From NCBI GenBank assembly GCA_045803545.1, contig JBJMOW010000004.1, positions 512,001-576,000 of the forward strand: 64,000 nt of DNA, written 5' to 3'. A program made the translations under genes and the position numbers. This document shows positions 58,587-64,000 of this stretch, one piece after another; within the stretch, counting starts at the first letter, position 1, and every line of letters begins with the position of its first letter. The notes under the pieces were generated by a model. It was not told the DNA's origin. It saw only the letters and a program-made list of their open reading frames with translations, and searched no databases. Source of the DNA: Gemmatimonadaceae bacterium. GTDB lineage: Bacteria > Gemmatimonadota > Gemmatimonadetes > Gemmatimonadales > Gemmatimonadaceae.

Positions 58587-59470
58587 GGTCGCGCCCGGTC
58601 GTTGCGGCCATCGGTGAGGTGCTTTGGGATGTCTATCCCGACGCCGCCCGGTTTGGTGGAGCACCTGCGAACTTTGCGTGTCACGCGGCGGCATTCAGCG
58701 CAGACGCGCTTCTCATTAGCGCGGTTGGTGACGATGAGCTCGGTCACCGCGCGATAGCCACGTTGGCAAAGCACGGGGTGGACATTGCATCGGTTGTCCG
58801 CGACCATGCACACCCAACCGGACAGGTGGAAGTGACGCTCGATCCGTCAGGCCGCGCCAGTTATCGATTTGCGGAAGACGTGGCCTGGGACCACCTGTCG
58901 TGGGGCGATTCCCTGGCGTTGTTGGCTCACCAGGTTGATGCAGTATGCTTCGGCACCCTGGCGCAGCGATCGAAGGAATCGTGTGAAACAATTCGGCGGT
59001 TCGTTGGCGCAACGTTGGCGGGCACCACACGCATGTTCGACGTCAATCTGCGGCAGAGTTTTTTCAACGCCGAGGTCGTCGACGCTTCCCTGCGATTGGC
59101 GACAGCTTTGAAGCTCAATGAAGACGAACTGCCACTTGTTGCGCGAATGTGCAACGTGACTGGGAGCCACACGCGAGAGCTGTTGCGAGGTCTCCTCGAT
59201 CGATACCAGTTGAATCTCGTTGCGCTGACGCGTGGGTTCAACGGAGCGCTGCTGATGACGGCCGACGATGTCTCGGAATGTCCGGCACTGCCGACGACGG
59301 TCGTCGACACGGTAGGCGCGGGCGATGCGTTTACGGCGGCCCTGGTGATGGACTGCATGCTCGGCCTGCCACTCGGGGAGATCAATCGGCACGCGAACGC
59401 TGTGGCATCATTCGTCTGCTCCCAGGCCGGCGCGGTGGCGCCGCTTCCCGCCGAGTTGCTATCGCGCTAG
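58583..59470 (+). CDS. PfkB-family carbohydrate kinase (fructokinase-like)
   Basis: GEVLWD, GGAPANFA, FDVNLR, KLNEDE, DTVGAGDAF. Confidence 0.92.
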   Translation: MRSRPVVAAIGEVLWDVYPDAARFGGAPANFACHAAAFSADALLISAVGDDELGHRAIATLAKHGVDIASVVRDHAHPTGQVEVTLDPSGRASYRFAEDVAWDHLSWGDSLALLAHQVDAVCFGTLAQRSKESCETIRRFVGATLAGTTRMFDVNLRQSFFNAEVVDASLRLATALKLNEDELPLVARMCNVTGSHTRELLRGLLDRYQLNLVALTRGFNGALLMTADDVSECPALPTTVVDTVGAGDAFTAALVMDCMLGLPLGEINRHANAVASFVCSQAGAVAPLPAELLSR

Positions 59471-59487
59471 GGTGCTTTGCCGAAGCT

Positions 59488-61455
59488 TCATCGTAGCGGC
59501 GCCGCTGCTGGGGCTGATCGCGCTTTTCTGAGCATCCACCCGTACAGCCAGATAATCACGCCGACGAAGCCGATTACACCAAGCCAGGGCGCCGCTCTGA
59601 AGGCCTCGGAGACGAGGGCGATCGGCGCGTCCTTGGAGAAACCGACAATGAGACCTGCGTTGATGACGCCCCAGATGCTTTCGCCGACGATCAAGCCCGA
59701 CGCGACCAGTGTCCCCAATCGCTCGGCGCGCTCCGGGTTCGGTGTGTTCTTCACCCGACCGTCGTACCAGTGCGCGAGCACTGCGCCGACGATCACTGCG
59801 AACGTCGCCGACATTGGCAGGTAGATGCCGATCCCAACCGCGAGTGGCGGAATGCGCAACTTCTTCAGGATGCGAAGAACCTCGTCGAGAATAACGATGC
59901 CGACGCCGACCAATGCGCCGATGCCGAGCATCTTCCATTCGAGCTTGCCGCCGATGACGCCCTGTGCAAGAGCGGATATCAGCGTTGCCTGCGGAGCGGG
60001 CAGCGGGTTCGCGGCAATGACGTTTACGTTTGGTGCTCCAGCAAAGCCGTAAGCACGTGCGAGCAGATTCAGCACCGATGGAATGACTGACGCGCCGGCT
60101 GCGACACCGACGATCAGGGCGATCTGCTGGCGCATTGGTGATGCGCCAACCAGCTGACCGGTTTTCAGGTCCTGCAGATTGTCATTTGAAATTGTCGCGC
60201 AGGCAAATACGATCGCCGTCACGAACAGCGCGATCGCAACGAGTGCCTGGCTGTTTTGCGCCGTCGGTGTGACGGCGAGCGCGAACACGGATGCGCAGAC
60301 AACAATCGACAGAATACCGACACCCGAGATCGGGCTATTCGACGCCCCAATCAGGCCGGCCATGTATCCGCAGACACCCGCGATGATGAAGCCGATGATC
60401 AGCACGAAAGGAATGGAAATCAGAGTCAGCTTCAGTGCGTCAGGCGCCAGCACCGTCGATTTTGCAAACGAGTAAGCGAGCCACGCCGCGATGATCAAAC
60501 ACCCTGCCGTCAGGATGTAAATCCAGGATGGAGGTATGTCGCGGTCGAGGTCGTCTCCCGTCGCTTCCACGCGAGAAGCGCGGAGTGTGCTCACGAGTCC
60601 GCCGAATACCGGACGGGCAAGCCGACCGAGTGAGTAAATGGCGGCAACCGCGATCACGCCCGCCCCGATGAACCGAACCTGGGTACGCCAGATCGCGATG
60701 GTGTGCGCGTCGAGAGTCTGTCCGACTGTTGCCGGTTGCATCGCAGTGAGGACCGGCACCGCGATGACCCACGAGATGATTTGTCCAACTAACATCGCCA
60801 TGCCGACTGAGAGTCCGACGAGGTGTCCCGCTCCAAGCAGGGCGAGAGACCAGCCCAGATTCCAGCCGGTCGATCCTGAGCCCACGCGGGTGAATCCATT
60901 CAGCTCCGCGGCGGCAATCCGCGTCGCGGTGACAATTGCAAATCCTGCTGATGCGATCGAGCCGAGGATGACGGCGACCAAACCTTCGCGTGCTTCGCCG
61001 GATTCGTCCTTCGTCTCGCCGCGCGTGCCCGCGCCGACGATCAGAACTTCGGCTGCGGCCACTCCTTCGGGATACGGCAGATCCGAAGTCGTCACCAGCG
61101 CGCGTCGCAGCGGAATCGTGAATAGCACGCCGAGCACGCCGCCGCTCAGGCAGATAAAAAAAGATTCCCAGAACGGGAATCCAGTCCACCAGCCGATGAT
61201 CACCAATCCGGGGAGAACAAAGATGATCGCCGAGAGCGTTCCCGCTGCCGAAGCGACGGTCTGCACGATGTTGTTCTCGAGGATCGTGGAGTCCTTCACC
61301 GCGCTGAGGATCGCCATCGATATCACCGCTGCGGGGATCGATGAGGCGAAGGTGAGGCCTACCTTTAGACCGAGGTAGACGTTGGCGGCGGTGAAAACCG
61401 TTGTGATAAGCGCGCCGAGGACCAGGCCGCGTATCGTAAGCTCGTTGGGTTTCAT
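59488..61455 (-). CDS. OPT-family oligopeptide transporter
   Basis: ELTIRG, NVYLGLKVG, SIPAAVIS, ENNIVQT, L.YPEG.A, DNLQDLKTG, APQA.L. Confidence 0.94.
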   Translation of the reverse strand: MKPNELTIRGLVLGALITTVFTAANVYLGLKVGLTFASSIPAAVISMAILSAVKDSTILENNIVQTVASAAGTLSAIIFVLPGLVIIGWWTGFPFWESFFICLSGGVLGVLFTIPLRRALVTTSDLPYPEGVAAAEVLIVGAGTRGETKDESGEAREGLVAVILGSIASAGFAIVTATRIAAAELNGFTRVGSGSTGWNLGWSLALLGAGHLVGLSVGMAMLVGQIISWVIAVPVLTAMQPATVGQTLDAHTIAIWRTQVRFIGAGVIAVAAIYSLGRLARPVFGGLVSTLRASRVEATGDDLDRDIPPSWIYILTAGCLIIAAWLAYSFAKSTVLAPDALKLTLISIPFVLIIGFIIAGVCGYMAGLIGASNSPISGVGILSIVVCASVFALAVTPTAQNSQALVAIALFVTAIVFACATISNDNLQDLKTGQLVGASPMRQQIALIVGVAAGASVIPSVLNLLARAYGFAGAPNVNVIAANPLPAPQATLISALAQGVIGGKLEWKMLGIGALVGVGIVILDEVLRILKKLRIPPLAVGIGIYLPMSATFAVIVGAVLAHWYDGRVKNTPNPERAERLGTLVASGLIVGESIWGVINAGLIVGFSKDAPIALVSEAFRAAPWLGVIGFVGVIIWLYGWMLRKARSAPAAAPLR

Positions 61456-61479
61456 GCGGAGAATTCTACCTCCAAACGG

Positions 61480-62676
61480 TTACGTGCGACGAGATGCCGT
61501 AGTGCGTCGCTTGGCTTTTCGTGCTGGTGATGCTTTTTCGACAAGATTCCAGAACTGTTTCTCGCCGATCACGCGCACCGGACGCCCCTGCGCGGCGAGT
61601 CGGCGAATCTCCAGCAATTTGACACCGCCAACCGCGCCGGCGATCTGCAGCGCATTCGGCCGACCGCGCACCAGCACGTCCGACGACGGTCCGGGTGTCG
61701 ATACAACAATCGCGCCCGCTTTCTTCGCCGCCGCGATCGCTTCGCTGCGCGGGCGGGTGAGGAAACCCGTAAACGAGATGCGTTTTCCCTTGAGATTGTC
61801 GATGCGGCCAAAGTGGGGCTGCTTCGGACGTTGACGCAGCGCGGTAATGAGTTCCCGCGCCGCTTCATAGCGTTTACCGCGGGCACCGAGGCATCGATAA
61901 ATGACCTCTTTGAGATCATCGCTGCAGGGCAGTCGCCGCACATCGCGACTGCTCATCGGATCGCTGATATCGCCGCGCAGGAGCATCGCCGCGATCAGTC
62001 CGACCTGATAGATATCGTCGCGCTGCTGCCAGCGGCGCACGCGGCCCCACGCGATTTCCGACGGCGCATTGAACGGATTGAACGCGTCAGCTGTCACGCC
62101 GCGTTGGCTCATTTGATGTGTAGCGATGCCGAAGTCGCCCAGCTTGAGCTGCTCATCATCGCAGACGAAGACGTTGAATGGAGTGAGATCGCGATGCAGC
62201 GCCTGTCCTCGATGCAGCGCGTCGAGCGCGCTCAAAATCGCGGCGATCTCTCGGCGGACAAAGCGCTCGGATTGCGCGCCCTTTTCCTGGAGCCATACGC
62301 CGAGGTCGCCGTGGACCGCGTACTCGATCACCATGCAATAGCGGGTACGACCGTCAGCGAGGTCGACGAAACGGTCGTACACTTTCAGCGCCCGTTTCTC
62401 GCGGTACAACAGGTCCGCGAAGTAGGCTTCGCGCAGCCACGCCGGAAGTCGTTCGGTGATTTTGACGCAGACCTGCGCCGGCAGTCCATGCTGTGGAGTT
62501 GGAGTGGCGAGGTACACCTCGCCGAAGCCACCTTTGCCGATCAGTCGATTCAGGATGTAGCTGCGGCCACTCTCGGAGCTGTGGGCCGTACCGACAGACG
62601 ATGTAATTGCTGGGCCGTAGGACTGCACGACCGGCCTGTCGATCACAGAATTGCTGTTTGGCGTATCCGGTTTCAT
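61480..62676 (-). CDS. Hanks-type Ser/Thr protein kinase with C-terminal BRCT domain and basic tail
   Basis: IGKGGFGEVY, VCVK, HRDLTPFN, DFG, APSE, DIYQVG; then LKGKRISFTGFL..RSEA..AGA.V..DVLV.G..K..G..V.VIGEKQFW. Confidence 0.85.
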   Translation of the reverse strand: MKPDTPNSNSVIDRPVVQSYGPAITSSVGTAHSSESGRSYILNRLIGKGGFGEVYLATPTPQHGLPAQVCVKITERLPAWLREAYFADLLYREKRALKVYDRFVDLADGRTRYCMVIEYAVHGDLGVWLQEKGAQSERFVRREIAAILSALDALHRGQALHRDLTPFNVFVCDDEQLKLGDFGIATHQMSQRGVTADAFNPFNAPSEIAWGRVRRWQQRDDIYQVGLIAAMLLRGDISDPMSSRDVRRLPCSDDLKEVIYRCLGARGKRYEAARELITALRQRPKQPHFGRIDNLKGKRISFTGFLTRPRSEAIAAAKKAGAIVVSTPGPSSDVLVRGRPNALQIAGAVGGVKLLEIRRLAAQGRPVRVIGEKQFWNLVEKASPARKAKRRTTASRRT

Positions 62677-62705
62677 CGAGTCAATCTTACGAGCAAATTG
62701 CGGCA

Positions 62706-64000
62706 ATGGCCAAGAAGCAGGCGGCGGAAGTTCTGAAGATCGACGGGCGCGAAGTCCAGGTGACCAATCCGGACAAGCTCTATTTCTCGCGCGACGTAAA
62801 GCTCACTAAGCTGGAGGTGGTGCAGTACTACCTCTCGGTCGCCGGTGGCGCGGTGCGCGGAGCGCGCGATCGGCCCAACATGCTGAAACGATTTGTGAAT
62901 GGCGCTGAGGCGCCGCCTTTCTATCAGAAGCGCGCGCCCGATAACAAGCCGGACTGGCTGCGCACGGTGACTCTCTCATTTCCGTCGGGCCGCACGGCAG
63001 ACGAAGTAGTCGTCGACGATGCGGCGGGCCTCGCCTGGATTGTGAACCTCGGCTGCATCGAGCTGCATCCGCATCCCGTGCGGACCAACGATCTCGATCA
63101 CCCGGATGAATTGCGCATCGACCTCGATCCGATTCCGGGGGTGAAGTGGGATCAGGTGCGCGCGGTGGCGCTGGAAGCGAAGAACCTGATGGACGAGATG
63201 GGCCTGCGCGGCTTTGCGAAGACGAGCGGCTCGCGCGGGATGCACGTGAACACGCGCATCCAGCAGCGGTGGAGCTTCAACGAGGTGAGGCGCGCGGCGT
63301 TGGCGTTCTCGCGCGAGATCGAGAGGCGGCTACCGAAGCTCGCGACGTCGAAGTGGTGGAAGGAAGAGCGACATGGTGTGTTCCTCGACTACAACCAGAA
63401 CGCCAAGGATCGAACGACTTGCTCTGCGTATTCGATCCGTCCGTTGCCTGATGCACGAGTATCGACGCCTTTGCGCTGGGACGAGGTGCCCGACTGTGAG
63501 CCGGAAGATTTCACTGTGCTGACAGTGCCGAAGCGATTCGTCGAGATCGGGGATCCGAACGAAGCGATGGATGATTTCGCCGGCTCACTGGAGACACTGC
63601 TCGAGCTCGCTGACCGCGATGAGGCTGCCGGACTGGGCGATGCGCCGTGGCCGCCGCATTTCAGAAAGATGGAAGGCGAGGCGCCCAGGGTTGCGCCATC
63701 GCGAGCAAAGGGAGGGAAGCGGGAGGCGGGTGGAGGGAAGCGGGAAGCGGGAAGCGAGAAGCGGTCGGCTGCTAAGACTCCACGATCCAGGATGCCCCTC
63801 ATTACCGTGGCGAACTCGCCCGACAAAGACGAAGCGTTAGCGGGACTCGAGCGCTGGAAGAAACGGCATCGCGCGGTGGCGAAGCATCTCGCTGTCGATG
63901 ACGTACTGGTCGATTCGATGCGCGGAAGATCGTCGACCTGGACGCGCGTTCGCGTCAATCTCAAGAACGTGCCGGAGAAAATCAGGCCGCAGCAGGAAAA
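62706..64000 (+). CDS. Prim-PolC / LigD polymerase-domain protein (AEP primase-polymerase); 3'-truncated by the window edge
   Basis: Not in the ORF track because there is no stop in the window. My translation: MAKKQAAEVLKIDGREVQVTNPDKLYF..TK..YY..KRF..FYQKRAP..NLGCIELHP..PDELRIDLDP..KTSGSRGMH..WWKEERHGVFLDYNQNAKDRT..SAYSIR..VSTPL.W. Confidence 0.92.
   Translation, partial: MAKKQAAEVLKIDGREVQVTNPDKLYFSRDVKLTKLEVVQYYLSVAGGAVRGARDRPNMLKRFVNGAEAPPFYQKRAPDNKPDWLRTVTLSFPSGRTADEVVVDDAAGLAWIVNLGCIELHPHPVRTNDLDHPDELRIDLDPIPGVKWDQVRAVALEAKNLMDEMGLRGFAKTSGSRGMHVNTRIQQRWSFNEVRRAALAFSREIERRLPKLATSKWWKEERHGVFLDYNQNAKDRTTCSAYSIRPLPDARVSTPLRWDEVPDCEPEDFTVLTVPKRFVEIGDPNEAMDDFAGSLETLLELADRDEAAGLGDAPWPPHFRKMEGEAPRVAPSRAKGGKREAGGGKREAGSEKRSAAKTPRSRMPLITVANSPDKDEALAGLERWKKRHRAVAKHLAVDDVLVDSMRGRSSTWTRVRVNLKNVPEKIRPQQE
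63714..63762 (+). repeat. Seven-unit G-rich heptamer array inside the polymerase linker
   Basis: GGGAAGC GGGAGGC GGGTGGA GGGAAGC GGGAAGC GGGAAGC GAGAAGC, encoding GKREAGGGKREAGSEK. Confidence 0.85.

Noticed and set aside
62706..64000. Full multidomain NHEJ LigD
   Set aside because: Only the polymerase domain and a C-terminal extension are visible. There is no ligase or phosphoesterase domain and no Ku gene in the window.

Overview
High-GC bacterial chromosomal segment. Gene content and style suggest Gemmatimonadota, which is an inference. It carries about 55 closely packed CDSs, and I saw no rRNA, tRNA, CRISPR array, integrase or transposase. The left part holds a hybrid kinase-CheR-CheB-kinase cluster, sucA, a PIG-L/ABC-transporter/ndh operon, a BMP-type nucleoside ABC operon facing away from nadB-nadA-nadC, and a Tat-exported amidase. 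The right part is a patchwork of accessory modules. The best candidate for an undescribed system is a four-gene cluster at 28093-30663 encoding secreted, beta-strand-rich proteins. Three of them share one amphipathic domain, and the cluster has back-to-back sigma54-type promoter motifs and a long hairpin at each end. The second candidate is a cytoplasmic Ser/Thr kinase fused to a DNA-ligase-type BRCT domain, head-to-head (29 bp apart) with a Prim-PolC/LigD-type repair polymerase at 61480-64000. Also notable are a sensorless BlaR/BlaI module with a palindromic candidate operator facing DUF4386 genes, a SARP/BTAD-TPR regulator with 11-bp direct repeats, G-rich heptamer arrays inserted in frame into proteins, and signs of leaderless transcription. 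Family assignments come from recognising motifs by eye; no database search was run.
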